Below are positions 25,138 to 40,190 of a stretch of DNA of 64,000 nucleotides, in pieces. Source of the stretch: Vicugna vicugna (taxonomy: Eukaryota); assembly GCA_013265495.1 (NCBI GenBank), contig MU058769.1, positions 84,477 to 148,476 of the forward strand, written 5' to 3'. The notes under the pieces are model-generated. The model ran no database searches. It was not told the origin of the DNA and saw only the letters and a program-made list of their open reading frames with translations. The first letter of the stretch is position 1, and each line of letters starts with the position of its first letter. The position numbers and the translations under genes are program-made.

Positions 25138-26599
25138 GTAGTGACATTTAACTATAGTCCATCAATTGGGCAAAGTAGCCTTATGTGTTGAATATGTGTT
25201 ACTAACACATATTCAGTGGTAATCATCCAATTTAGTTATATGCTGGACCAAAGCCCCGAAGTAGGTACTTCGTCCGTTGCAAAGATGAATCAGTCACAGA
25301 ACTGCCCCAGGGGTACCAGCCCAGTTGGAGTGATGACTTACACAGGAGCGGTTTGAGTATATTGTTATGGGAGAGCAGATCTACTGCTGATAATTCAGAG
25401 AAGGCTTTATATGGAGGAACTGTGATTTGCTGAGCTTTGCAGGATCGGTAGTATGTGACGTGTGTAGATGAGCAAGAAGGGCATTACAGGCAAAGGAATA
25501 GTGAGAGCACAGATCTGGAGCACGAAAAGAGCAGCACACAGATAAATGGAGAGCAGCAATCTCCTCGGTGTGCATGGAACACAGGCTGTGTGAGTGGGAG
25601 CAGCGGGAGACAACGCTGAGGCCCAGTCATGGATTCAGATGACTTAGATTTTACTGAGTAGGTGAAATGATTTTCAGGTACAGACATCAACAGAACTGTG
25701 CTTCAGGAAAATTAATCACACAGCACCGTGTGGCTGAGAGGGGAAGGGACTGATGCTGTGGGGATAGCGAGAAGGCTGCTAGGATTGGCCAAGCAAGGGG
25801 CATCGAATGCTGAAGACCTGAACACTGGACGTGGCCACAGGAAAGAAGAGGAGCAGCAGGCGCTCCAGAGCTACTGCAGAGCGAGATTCTGCAGCCTCAT
25901 CTCCTGAGGTAATGCACGGGGCAACGGGGAGGAAGTGTCAGAGCCTGAAAACTGAAAAAGCAATAGAGATAGAAATTGGGAGTACTGGAGGGCAAAGTTT
26001 TAGGAGAAAGTACAATACATTCTATCTTGGATATATTGAGTATCTGGCTGCAGAGTACTTACGGAATTTAGAAACACAGGACAGAACCTCAGAAAATGGT
26101 CAGGTCAAGGGCTATAGATGTTTGCAATAGCCAAGGTATCATTGGATATATATCTGATTCATGTTCAGCTTTGGCTCAGTTTGGGGGCTCTGCCTGGCCT
26201 GGCACGCCCCTTCTGCAAGTCCAGTCTTCTTGCTGTGTGATGGTTTAACAGTAACACCCAGGGAGGCCGTGCGGTCCAAGCTCCTCCCCAGTGGGGGGTG
26301 GATTTTCATGTGTGACTGGCATCGGGAAACTGCCCATTTAGTCCATAGACAGGCAGGACAAGCTCTGTCTGTGACTACAGTGCAGCAAAGACGCCAATCA
26401 GGCAGTACAGAGGTAGCTGGCTAGAGAACACAGAGCTCTTGGAATGGAGAGAGCTGAAAGCTGGGGGGAGGGGGAGAGAACAGGGATGCGGAGGTGGGGG
26501 AAGGAAAGAAGGGGAGGGAGGAGGCTGCATTAAATGCCTCTGTCCACTATTTTCTCCCCTTCACTGGCTCTTCCAATTTTATTCCCCTTATACCCTTAA

Positions 26600-27135
26600 C
26601 AGCTCTGGACCCACTTACAACAAGCCATTCTCTGCGACGCCAGCCAGGTGTCCCACAATTCAACTCAGTCCTGTAAGGTTACCTGCCCCCCCCCCACCTG
26701 CAGGTGCCAGTTGCAAACACAGATTATCACTTGTGCTTCTGACAGACTGACTATAGGTTGGGGAATCCGACAACCCCATCCTTGGGTTCAATTCATTTGC
26801 TGGAGTGGCTCACAGAACTCACAGAAACATTTTACTTACCAGATTACTGGTTTATTATAAAAGGATATAGCTCAGGAACAGTCAGGTGAAAGACATGCTC
26901 AGGGCAAGGCCGGGGGAAAGGGCGCAGAGCTTCTGCGCTCCCTCTGAGCACACGGCTTTCCCTGAATCTCCGCATGCTCACCAGAAGCTCTTTGAATGCT
27001 ATCCTTTTTGGTTTCTATGGAGCCTTCATTACATAGGCATAACTGATTTAAATAATTGGCCATGAGTGATTAAACTCAATCTCCATCCCCTCTCCCCTCC
27101 CTGAAGGTCTGGAGGCAGGACTGAAAGCTCCTACA
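26600..27135. mobile_element. MER21-like ERVL LTR fragment
   Basis: tcatttgctggagtggctcacagaactca...tttattataaaaggata...cttcattacataggcat motifs. Confidence 0.7.
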
Positions 27136-27623
27136 GCCCAGTGTTCAGCATAGCGTGGGACTCTGCCAGGCAGTCTTTGCTTAAGGACCCCCATCAGCCT
27201 AGCTGAGAGTGTTTGGGGCCTGAGCTGCAGTTTAAGTTTCTTTCTCTTAAATCCCCCTGCCTTCTCTCTCTTCTTTCAGAGGTGTCAGGCCTGTATTGCC
27301 ATCTATTTCTGCACTCTCCCCCTTTATTCTCTATAGATGTTGCCCCCAGTGAGGCCCTTGACTGTCTTGACGTCTGAACTGACACACAGGGATATGACAG
27401 GACCTGCCTTACAGGGCTGTTGTGAGAATTCACTGTTAATATATGTGAAATGCTCAGAACAGGGCAAGTGCTACACAAGTGTTAGCTGCCTTTACTGCCA
27501 TTTGATTGTGCTTTAGATCTCAAGTTATATTTACTTCTCACTAGGAAATTTCTCAGATCTCCCTAGACTGGCTTGGAAGCCTCTCCTGAGTGCTCAAGCA
27601 GCATCCTTCCCTTACTTCAGTTA

Positions 27624-27961
27624 CAGTCAGCTGTCCATATCCACGGGTTCTGCACCTGCAGACTCAACCAACTGTGGATCAAAGATATTAGGAAAAAATT
27701 CCGGAAAAGCAAAACTTGAATTTGCTGCAGGCCAGCAACTACTTACATAGCATTTACATTGTATTTGCAGTTATTTACAGAGCGTTTACATTGCATTAGG
27801 TATTATAAGTAATCTAGAGGTGATTTAAAGTATATGGGAGGATGTGCATAAGTTAAATGCAACTGCTATGCCATTTTACACAAGGGACTTGAACATCCTC
27901 AGATTTTGGTATCTGCGAAGGGTCCTGGAACCAGTTCCCTGTGGATACCAACGGACGACTG
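27624..27961 (-). mobile_element. MER2-family (TcMar-Tigger) DNA transposon
   Basis: TA-flanked terminal inverted repeats cagtcagctgtccatatcc...ggataccaacggacgactg; body matches MER2 in antisense. Confidence 0.88.
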
Positions 27962-29289
27962 TATACCGCATTGTTTTCTTGCCAGTCTTTACACTTAAGA
28001 CTGTGAGTTCAGTGAAAATGGAACCTTGTTTTGTTCACTGTCACATATCAGTGCCTAACATTGTGTCTGGCTCATAGTAGTTGCTGAACTGACGTCTGCC
28101 GAATGAGAATGATGACTCAGTGGAGCCTGAACAGACGAATGTTATTTCTCAAAGGGATGAGAGCTGGGAAAGAAGGAACTGTACATAGAATTGTGTACCA
28201 AGGCATGAAAAGCCTGTAGTGTGTAGGGTACTGGTCGGTGTGTGTTATGACTGAAGAGTAGGGTGTAAAAGAAGTGTGGTCAAAGAGAAGGCTAAGGGGG
28301 AAGTCAAGGGCCAGAGCACTGGGAAGGCCGTAAAGCCAAGCTAAGGCAGGCACTGTGTGGGCCTTATGATGTCCTAGTGGGCCCAAGCCCGCCTTTGACC
28401 TCTACCTATAACTTTACGAATCATGTATTAGTTCAGCCAACAACTGTAGATTGCCCCAAAGTGGTAGATGTTTCTCCAGAACTACATACAGACAGGTAGG
28501 CATCTCTGGACACCCAGCACTCATCTCTGAACAATGCAACTGATTGGTCTATATTTATAAACTACTTTGGCTGCAATCTCTCACCGAAATTGTGGGTCTC
28601 TTAACTAATCTCTTTGCCTTCACCACACCCGTTTAATCTTTCTTCCTTTCCCGCTGTGAGGCAGAGCTTTCTAAAGCTAAGTCTGGCCATCTTACTCCTG
28701 CATTTAATACCTTCTAGTAGCACACCCTCGTGGCCTGCAAGACAGCATCCTGATGCCTTAGTGCAGCCCACGGGCCCCTCCTGGCCCGACTCTTCCCTAC
28801 CTTACCTTCCACTTCTTCCTCTGTGTGCTCTCTGCCTCACCGTGCTGAGCTGCATGTCGGTGTCAGCAAGTTTTATGTTGCCCACCACTCCACTCATATG
28901 CACATTATTGCTGCCTGGAGTGTCCTTTCATCCTTGTCCACTTTTTAAACTCAACTATCTTGTAGGAAGTAGCTCCAAAATCCCCGCCTCTGCAGAGCTG
29001 TATCTAATTCTGCAGGCGGTGGGTCACTGGCCCTCTTCTGCAGCCTCATTAGACTGTGTGTACACTTCTATTTGGCACCTACACAAGGCAGTGCATTTAT
29101 TTGGTTACTTCCCTGACTCCCTCCCTGGACTGTGACTAGAGGGTTGGACTAAATATTAGTTAATAAAGAGTCCCAGCACCTCGTGCAATGCCTGGCACAT
29201 AGTAAATACTCAATACTGGTTAGAGAAAAAAGGAAGGAATAAAATGAAACTGTTCTTTTTCTTTTGAAAGGGAAGGAGATCTTCTCACC

Positions 29290-29602
29290 ACGTGGCTGTG
29301 CCCGGCGGCCCTGGTGGGCCTGTACCACCTCCTGCACTGGTACCGGGAGAGACAGGTGGTGAGCCACCTCCGGGACAAGTACGTATTCATCACGGGCTGT
29401 GACTCGGGCTTCGGGAACCTGCTGGCCAGGCAGCTGGACCTGCGAGGACTCAGGGTGCTGGCTGCGTGTCTGACCGAGAAGGGGGCCCAGAAGCTGAAGG
29501 GCCAGACGTCAGATAGGGTGGAGACGGTGATCCTGGATATCACCAACACACACAGCATCGCTGCGGCCACCCAGTGGGTGAAAGAGCGTGTGGGGGACAG
29601 AG
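29290..29602 (+). pseudogene. HSD17B6: HSD17B6-like first coding exon (start codon ACG)
   Basis: Acceptor TTTTGAAAG| at 29270. CTCACC-ACG-TGG at 29290 gives (T)WLCPAALVGLYHLLHWYRERQVVSHLRDKYVFITGCDSGFGNLLARQLD...VGDR, then a phase-1 GT donor at 29603. Confidence 0.95.
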
Positions 29603-29654
29603 GTAGAGAGAATTATTTTCTTCTTTCATTACTTAGGCATGAAGATGTTAAAGT

Positions 29655-29720
29655 TATATATATATATCAAATATATAATATATATATATGTAATATATCA
29701 CATATTTTATATATATATAA
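29655..29720. repeat. Imperfect (TA)n microsatellite
   Basis: AT-alternating tract about 50 nt after the first HSD17B6-like donor. Confidence 0.8.
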
Positions 29721-30004
29721 AATTTCAAAAGCAGGGCTTAAATGCTGGCTTTGTCATTTGAAAGGCAGTCTTGATCTTTTGTGGTGTTTCATTTTCTTAA
29801 CAATTTCACGTTGAAAAATGAACCCAATGGATTTGATGCTGTTATCCCCCCTTGCAAGTAGAATGTTTACAACCACAATTCTTTGCTTGAAGAATTTTCA
29901 GGGTGTTCTTTAGAAACTGATTCTTCTTCCCTTGGCTACCATCTAAAATATAGACATTCACTAAAGTCAGCCTTTGGTCCTCTTCTTTTTAAAAAAAAAA
30001 AAGT

Positions 30005-30630
30005 TTTTATTTTCTAATTAATAGAGTTCATTTCTTAGAGCTGTTACAGGTTTATAGAAAAACTGGAAAGTATGGAGTTCCCATATACAACCCCCATCTT
30101 ATAGTTTCTCCTATTATTAACGTCTTGCATTGGCGTGCCACATTTATTATATTTGATGACCCAATATTGATGCATTATCATTAACTGAAGTCTGTAATTT
30201 ACATTAGGATCCACACTGTGTTACACAGTTCTATGGGTTTTGCCAAATAGAAATTATTGCATATCTACCATTAATAGCATAATGTAGAATAATTTCACTG
30301 CCCTAAAAATCCTCTGTGAGCCATCTAGTCATCTCTTCCTCCGTCACCACCTTCCCCCAAACCTGGGAACTCCTCAGCTTTTTACTGTTTCTGTAGTTTT
30401 GTTTTTCACCAGATGTCATATAGTTGGAATCATGCTGGGTATGGCCTTCTGGACTGGCTTCTTTCATTTAACAATATGCATTTAAGGTCCCTCCATGTCT
30501 TTCTGTAGCTTAACAGCTCATTTCTTTTTATTGCTCAATAATATTCTATTGTAGTTACCACAGTTTATTTCTTCATTCACATATTGAAGGATACCTTGGT
30601 TGTTTTCAATTTTTGGCAATTATGAGCAAT
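30005..30630 (-). mobile_element. Old L1MA/MB-type 3' fragment
   Basis: tagttggaatcat...ggcttctttcatttaacaatatgcatttaagg motif. Confidence 0.72.
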
Positions 30631-31349
30631 CTTTTTTTCTAAGTTGCATTTTCTTTGGATATTATCCAAATCCTCTTTAACCTCTTTCTTGTTCCTCCCT
30701 CTTGTTTTATAATTTAATAGATCTTATTAATTGGACCTCCTCAATGTCTATTTATCCTAGGAGTTGCAAACTGGCAATAAAATTGTTTTGCTTGGGTTGC
30801 AGAATGTTTAATTTTTTTTAAATGTACTTTAAAGTTGAAAATTGACTTTAAACTATTACTCCTACCTGAGGACATTCTTGACTCCCCCAGGCAGAACCAG
30901 GAGTTACGGGTAGTCACAGCCTCTGTGCTGTGCTGTTCGGAGCAGTATATTTCTACAGTGTTGTTGTTGTCATTATTTTCCCATCAGTTAGAGCGTGTGC
31001 TCCCTGAGGACACAGACCTCTCTTACCCATTGCTATAACTCCAGTTTCTGACATCTTGCCTGGTACATGTTACGGGCTCAACCAATGCTGAATGGACCCC
31101 ACCTACCTACAGTTTTATCCATTACCTTTATGATCTTGATTTCTATGTTATTTCTTGTTCTTCACACCTGAATTCCTAACCACTTGCTGGCTTTCTCATC
31201 TGCAAATTCTGCTGGAACCTCAAATTCATAAAATGTAAAGGAGGACTCTCTCTGTCTTTTTATCTTCTCTTCACCACACCTGCTTTTCTCCTTGGCCCTT
31301 CTCTCAGGGGAGTATGCTACCATCCCTTCACTGACAAAGATTGTTGCCT

Positions 31350-33798
<2,449 letters not shown>

Positions 33799-34419
33799 TA
33801 ACACTCTTAAGTTAAAACAGAAGCAACTACGGAGCACTTAAACATGTCTCCGATACCATGCTCGTCACTTTCACCTACGTTATCTTATTTCATCACCCTC
33901 AAAATCCGATCTGTAGATATTGTTACTGGTCTATTTTATATACGAAACTGAGCCTCAGATTTTAGTATCTTTATCAACGTTCACCTGCCACAATCAGGAC
34001 TTGGCAGACCTGTGTTTTGTCCCCGGTCTTTGTCTCCTGTCACCAAATCACACTTTAGTTCAAGATTTACCCTTGATACAATTTCATTTCTGAAGAGAGG
34101 ATGACTGTCTTCTTTCCTCCACTTGTCTTTGTTTCTTCATGGCGACTCTTTCTGGTGCTTATCTGCTTCCAACTAACTTATTCCTTTGCTTTACTTTTTG
34201 TATCTTTTCTTTATCTAACAGCTTCTTTTCTTTCTTGTAACTTCAGTTTGCCACAACCCTTAATGGCCCTGCCTCTACCTCCTGGATTTTTTTAATACAT
34301 CATTTCAGCTTCATGTCTATCAGCTGCTTTTTTTTTATTTCCCTTTATATTCAGTTTCTGAGAGAGAGAATCCTATTATCTGAGTTCATTTTTTTGTGTA
34401 TGCCAGGTGACACCACATC

Positions 34420-34600
34420 ATGTGATATATTTTGCACTTACTATGTGTCAGGCACTGTTGTGAGTACTTTACATCTATTAAATCATTTAATTTTCATAGC
34501 AACCCAGTGAGGAAGGAATTATTTTTATCCTTATTGTATGTCTAGGGAAACCGAGGCACAGAGGTTCAGTAATTTGTCACAGCCATATAGGTAATAACAC
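34420..34600 (-). mobile_element. MIR SINE
   Basis: cacttactatgtgtcaggcactgt...gaaaccgaggcacagagg core. Confidence 0.72.
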
Positions 34601-34769
34601 TGTAATTAATCACTGTCCAGGCCTGGGAGGGGCGCCCCTCCCATCAAGCACCCTTCCCAGTCTAGTCAGCTGTAGACATTAGGGTGCTGCACAAACTCCC
34701 CTTTAGCAGAGGCTGACCTTAGGGCAATTCCATTTGGAAATGAGCTGTAAATATTACAGGCACCACGTA

Positions 34770-35265
34770 TAAGCTTCCTATGGCTGCCACAGTAAATTAC
34801 CAGAAGTAATTTATGTCTGGTGTATGATGTCTTAAAACACCACATATTTATTCTCTTGCAGCTCTGGAGGCTAGAAGTCTGAAATCAGTATCATTGGGCC
34901 AATGTCAGTTGTTGTCAGGGCCATGTTCCTTCTGAAGGCTCTAGGAGAGAATTCATTACTTGCCTCTTCCAGGTTCTGGTGGCCGCCAGCATTCCTTGGC
35001 TTGTGGAAAATCACTCTAATCTCTGCCTCCATGATCATATTGTCTTCTCTTCCTCTGCTGGCCTTCAAATCTACCTCTGCCTCTCTTGTAAAGATAGTTG
35101 TGATTGCATTCAAGGCATGCCCAGGTAATCTAGCACAATCTCCCTATCTCAGGATCCTTAACTCAGTCACACCTGCAAAGTCTTTGCCACCTACAGTAAC
35201 AAATATTTACAGGTTCCAGGTATTAGGACCTGATATCTTTGGGAGCCATTATTTACTACCACATA
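34770..35265 (-). mobile_element. MLT1-type MaLR LTR
   Basis: tctggaggctagaagtctgaaatc...cattccttggcttgtgg motifs. Confidence 0.78.
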
Positions 35266-36973
35266 CCATGACTGGTATGTATCAATTACAACGTGCAAAG
35301 TACATTATCTGCTTAGGAAGAAATAACCGAGGACACTGCATAAGTTGTTACTATGTGGGAGGCACCTTGCCTGGCTCCCTGTCTGCCCGACATCCTGTCT
35401 GCCTCCATGGGGCTTCTCCCTGCTGACTTACCACCACTCACGACTCTTGGACTCCTTGACTCATTCCCAGACCAAGAGCAAAGATATGTTCTTCCAGCAT
35501 TCAAATCACTAATTCCTTTACAAAGTTCCAATTTGCCTTAATTGTGCTAGGGATCAACAGAAACAGGAAGTTTTGTCCCACATCTGAGTTGGAGTTTGAC
35601 AGGGGATGGAGATGTTGTGATGTGCTGGGAATCTGTGAGCAAGCTGCAAGGGGAAGGGAATGTAGAGGGCAGAAGCGCCCCTGGCTTGCACAGCCCCTCC
35701 CCTTCCCCAGCACACTCAAGCACCTGGAGAATCATTTTCTGAAGCTCTAAATTGGAGGGTTTTATGTTTTGGTTCAATGAGGGAGGATTCTCCTTTGGAA
35801 CGGGGGTTTTTTACTTTTGGCACGCCTCACAGCCACCTGGAGGGCTTGTTCAAACAGACTGTTGGTTCTCATCTGGAGCGTTTCCGATTTGGACTGGGGC
35901 CCAATAATGTGCATCTCTAACAAGCCCCCAGATGCTAATACTGTTGTCCTGAGTCTACACTCTGAGAACCATTCATTGCTTTAGAGGGTCACGATGCTTT
36001 GTGTTTTACATTCTTACGGACCATTATTCCAAACATTTCTCTTTGACATCAGCTTGGGCTCATCTTCCCTAGCAAGGCTGCTTGAACTTCTAGTTTAGGG
36101 AGCCTCATCACTTTCCCTGGAGTGCCTACAGTATGCGTCTAACATGGTGCACAAGATCATCTTACTTCACTTGGCAAAAGCGGCACTTAGCACAGTGCCT
36201 GGGACATGCACAACCTCTGATAAGTATTTTTGGAACTGTTTTTTGAACTGCCTTGAATATTCTGGAATGACCAATGACTTGTAATTTTAAGGCCCACATC
36301 CTATTCCATTAATGGTCTCTTGCAGTCTTTGAATACACTGTAATTTTTCACAGCCCCCTGCTTCTCTGTGTGCAGTTTCCATTGCCTGATATTCCACTCC
36401 TCCTCTTTCTTCCTGGGGAAAGTCCTTCCTTATTCTTCAAGGCTCAACTGCAACATTTTCTCTTCACTGAAGCCTATTCTGACTCCCTCAGAAAGTCTGC
36501 ATCCCCCGCTCTACTTATGTAGCCCTCTGAATACCTCTCCTTTAGACTTCTTTTGAATTGTATTGCAACTATTTGCTTACTTGTTAGACGTACTCACTCA
36601 CTGTGAGCTTTCTGAGGTGGGGAGCAGAGTCTTAATTTACTGAGATTGAGCATGTAGCACAGTAGATACCGTAAAAATGCTGATTTTCATTATTATTCCT
36701 CATATTCTTCATGTTTGCAGTGTCTAGCACATGGTAGGTACTTAATAACTCAGAAGAGTGGATGTGTTGAGAACTGCTGAATGGTTCTGGTAGTTTGTAT
36801 AATCATGTCCCGGCTGTTGCATCTAGGGATGTTTAAAATTTCTTTTTTTCCTCTCCTTAAAATACTCGGTAAATGTGTTTTTCATAACTATGTTTTGTTT
36901 TGTTTCCTCCCTGAGAACATTGAAATTATGGTATCTTCCAATCAGAGGCATTAACTTGAGGGTTTTTCCCTAG

Positions 36974-37137
36974 GCGTGAGCTTCAGCATTTTGGGGTGAA
37001 AGTCAGCATAGTTGAACCTGGCTACTTCAGAACAGAAATGACAGATCTGCAGAAGGCCTCAGAGACAATGAAGCAAGTCTGGAAAGAAGTCCCTCCTCAT
37101 ATCAAGGAGACCTATGGACAGAAGTTTTTTGATCCCT
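36974..37137 (+). pseudogene. HSD17B6: HSD17B6-like third coding exon
   Basis: CCCTAG acceptor. Open frame RELQHFGVKVSIVEPGYFRTEMTDLQKASETMKQVWKEVPPHIKETYGQKFFDP. GTGAGT donor. Absent from the ORF track. Confidence 0.95.
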
Positions 37138-38368
37138 GTGAGTTTTTCTTTTGAGGGGATCATGGAAAGCCTCACATGAGAAGGGCAAAGAGGGTTGGTG
37201 TGGATTGATTGGCAGATCCTCTGAGAATAAAGCTCCTTAAACAGAGCCTTCCCAAGATAGGAGGGGCTCAGAAATGCCCACTGCCCTCATGGTTGACTTG
37301 GTGATGGCTGCTGCGGCTGGGGAAGAGACTATACAGGCAGCCTAGGGCCAGGGCCTGCCCTGCCTTGTCACCTGTGGGCCTGGCCGCCTAGCACAGGGAG
37401 GTATTACACGGTTAGAGGCATGGAGTCTCTGGGTCTTGAGAGGGACGTGCCTCTTCATTGTTTTGCCAGGCTGGTGTGGGAGGCCTGCTCAGCTAAAGTG
37501 CAGCCTTCAATGTCACATACCCTTTTGGTAACAGGGCCTGGCCACAAACTCCATGTTTCATTGTGAGGGGGCGCAGGGTGTATGTAGGTGGGCAGAGGTG
37601 AGTGAGTGAGGACCAGATTTGCAGGGCCCTGTTGACCATTCCCAGAGGCTGGACCTCATGTGCAGGCCACAGCAGGCTTGTAAGAGTGAGATGGTTCAAT
37701 TTTGTGTAAGAATATCATTCTGATGACCTGGAGGAGGAGGCAGTTTTGGGGGTGGATGGAAGGCAATCTTCCTAGTAGAAGTAAGTCATGCACACTGGTG
37801 TGGGGCACCTTCCTGGGGGAAGGGATGCTTTTTTTCCCACACAAAGAAGTCAGCAGCTTGCCAAGGCCAAAGGGAGCAGCTCTCCTTTCCATTTCACAAA
37901 AAGGCCATGGGGTGGGTAGCAGTAGCCCTGTCCCTGGCCTTGGACGATGTCTTAGTACAGAGGAAAGGTGAAGGGCAATGCGCAGACAGATTTCCGACCT
38001 ACAACCCTGTCTTCTGGGTTCATCAGGCCTAAGAGGGTCACCACCAACAGGGGGAGGGAAATTGGATCAAGGAAAGTCTGACAAAAAACTGTGCGAGCTT
38101 CTCAGAACTCAAGCTAGGGAACTATGGTTCCTACCATGCCAGGAGGCCAGTCATTGTTCTAAGCTCCTCCCCATCTAAAGTTTTAAACTAAGAGGGAATT
38201 TGTTTCCCCTTATGGGTACATATAGTTTACAACAGAAATCAAAGCAAAATAGAATTTACTAAGAAGTGACTATATGTAAGAGGAGGGATGTATTTATTTC
38301 ATGATTTAAAAGGAGTTGACATTATTCATTTATTTGTCCATGGATCAGAATAGTCTAGGTCAGTAGGT

Positions 38369-39345
38369 CAGTGCTGTCCAATAGATATCTAAGAGCTATA
38401 TATATAATAAATTTTCTAATAGCTACTTTTAAAAAGAGGAAAAGAAACAGGTAAAATTAATTGTAATAATATATTTCATTTAAAACCAATATACCCTCAA
38501 ATACTGCCATTTCTTCATTTATTATCAACATAAAATTTATTAATAAGATATTTAACGTATTTTTTCCCTTAGGTCTTTGAAAATTGGTATGTGTTTTACA
38601 CTTACAGCACACCTCAACTTGGATGCTAAATTTTCCCAGGACATACTTCATCTATATTTAGATGAATAAAATTTGTAGTTGCCAGCAGCATTATTTCATA
38701 ATAGCCCCAAAGTGGAAACAGCTTAAATGTTCATTAAATGTTGAATGGGTGAACAAAGTGTGGTATAGCCGTACAATGGAATATTACTCGGCAATAAAAA
38801 GAAGTGAAGTACTGATATACGCTGCAACATGGATGAACCTTGAGAACAGTTTGCTCTGTGAAAGAAGCCAGTCACAAAAGACCACAATGTATGATTCTAT
38901 TTCTATGAAATGTCCATAAAAGGCAATCCATAGAGACAGAAAATAGATTAGTGGTTGCCTAGGGCTGGGTGGGTTGGCCGGAAATGGGAGTGACTATTCA
39001 TGGGTACAGGGTTTCCTTTTGGGATGATGAAAATGTTCTCTAGTTTGTGGTGATGGCTGCAAAACTCGGATTATACTTAAAGTCATTGATTTGTACACTT
39101 TAAATGGATGATTTTTATGATGTATGAATTATGTCTCAATGGAGACGTTAAAAAATTTCCAATTGAAAAAGTAGATTAACATACCTATATTGTTCCAAAG
39201 ATACTTAAAAGTTTTCCAATAACAGAATTGAGTTTTAAAATTAAAATTAATTAAAATTTAAAAGTTCAATTTTCAGTCATACTAGTTGTATTTTAAGTGC
39301 TTAACACCTCCATGTGGCTAGTGACTGTTATATTGGGAAGTATGG
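38369..39345. mobile_element. MER33/MER3-like hAT-Charlie element interrupted by an L1 3' fragment (about 38680-39157)
   Basis: Starts cagtgctgtccaataga and ends catgtggctagtgactgttatattgg; the inner segment is L1 (MEYYSAIK...). Confidence 0.75.
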
Positions 39346-39465
39346 GTCTGATCGGCCTAATGCTTGTGGAAATTACATATAGTTAGACTTCTGTGGCTGA
39401 GTGCAATAGGATCTTAAAATACAAGGAATAAAATTGCTGACTGCAATTTATCTTTTTGTATACAG

Positions 39466-39682
39466 ATTTTGAAACCACAAGAAAAGGGCTGTCGCAAATT
39501 AGCCCGAACATGAGCCTGGTCACAGACTGCATGAAACACGCTCTGACATCTGTGCATCCCCGCACTTGATATTCAGCAGGCTGGGATGCTCAATTTTGCT
39601 TCATCCCTCTATCTTATTTACCTACATCCTGGCAGACTATATATTGACTAGACCCTGGCCCAAACCAGCCCAGGCAGTCTAA
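39466..39682 (+). pseudogene. HSD17B6: HSD17B6-like last coding exon (premature stop and frameshift)
   Basis: TACAG acceptor. Reads YFETTRKGLSQISPNMSLVTDCMKHALTSVHPRT* (TGA 39567-39569) YSAGWDAQFCFIPLSYLPTS, then a 1-nt loss, then (L)ADYILTRPWPKPAQAV* (TAA 39680-39682). ATTAAA at 39942 is a possible poly(A) signal. Confidence 0.93.
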
Positions 39683-40190
39683 AGAAAACTGGCTTGGTGG
39701 CTCTTGAAATGACGAAGGCAAAAATCTGAAATTGATTGTTAGTGTTCCGGTAATCTTTATTTATAATCTATACTTTTGGCAACAATAAGCTTTATTGCCT
39801 AAACTCATTTATCTGGCATCATCAGAGAACCAGCATGTTTATATTTATATCCAAAGTTTATTCCTTTAGGTGATGAATCTTTACTATTTTAAACATTTTT
39901 TGATGACAGTATTTTCAAAATGCATCATTCTTCCTTGTCTTATTAAACAGAGTAGACCAAAAACAATTTAATTTGTTTTGATATAATTTCTTTATGTAAA
40001 TTAATAGCTGTTCTGTGATGTGATGAACTATTTTTGCTCAGGGACCATTAAGAAATACGTGGGTGGGTCTGTTTATCTTTACTTGAAATGGGTGTACTTT
40101 GGTAATTTCAAAAAATGTTTAATTTTGTATTAGCCTCCCTATTTGCCAACTGTTTTTGAATGTATTTCTTCTTTACTTAAAAAGAATTGT

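Noticed and set aside
28614..29135. 173-aa ORF
   Set aside because: Pyrimidine-rich, L2-like decayed sequence with no domain or exon structure.
29603..29814. C-terminal extension of ORF 29314-29814
   Set aside because: Read-through past the GT donor into an intronic (TA)n tract.
34902..35426. 174-aa hydrophobic ORF
   Set aside because: Lies mostly within an MLT1 LTR; a chance open frame.
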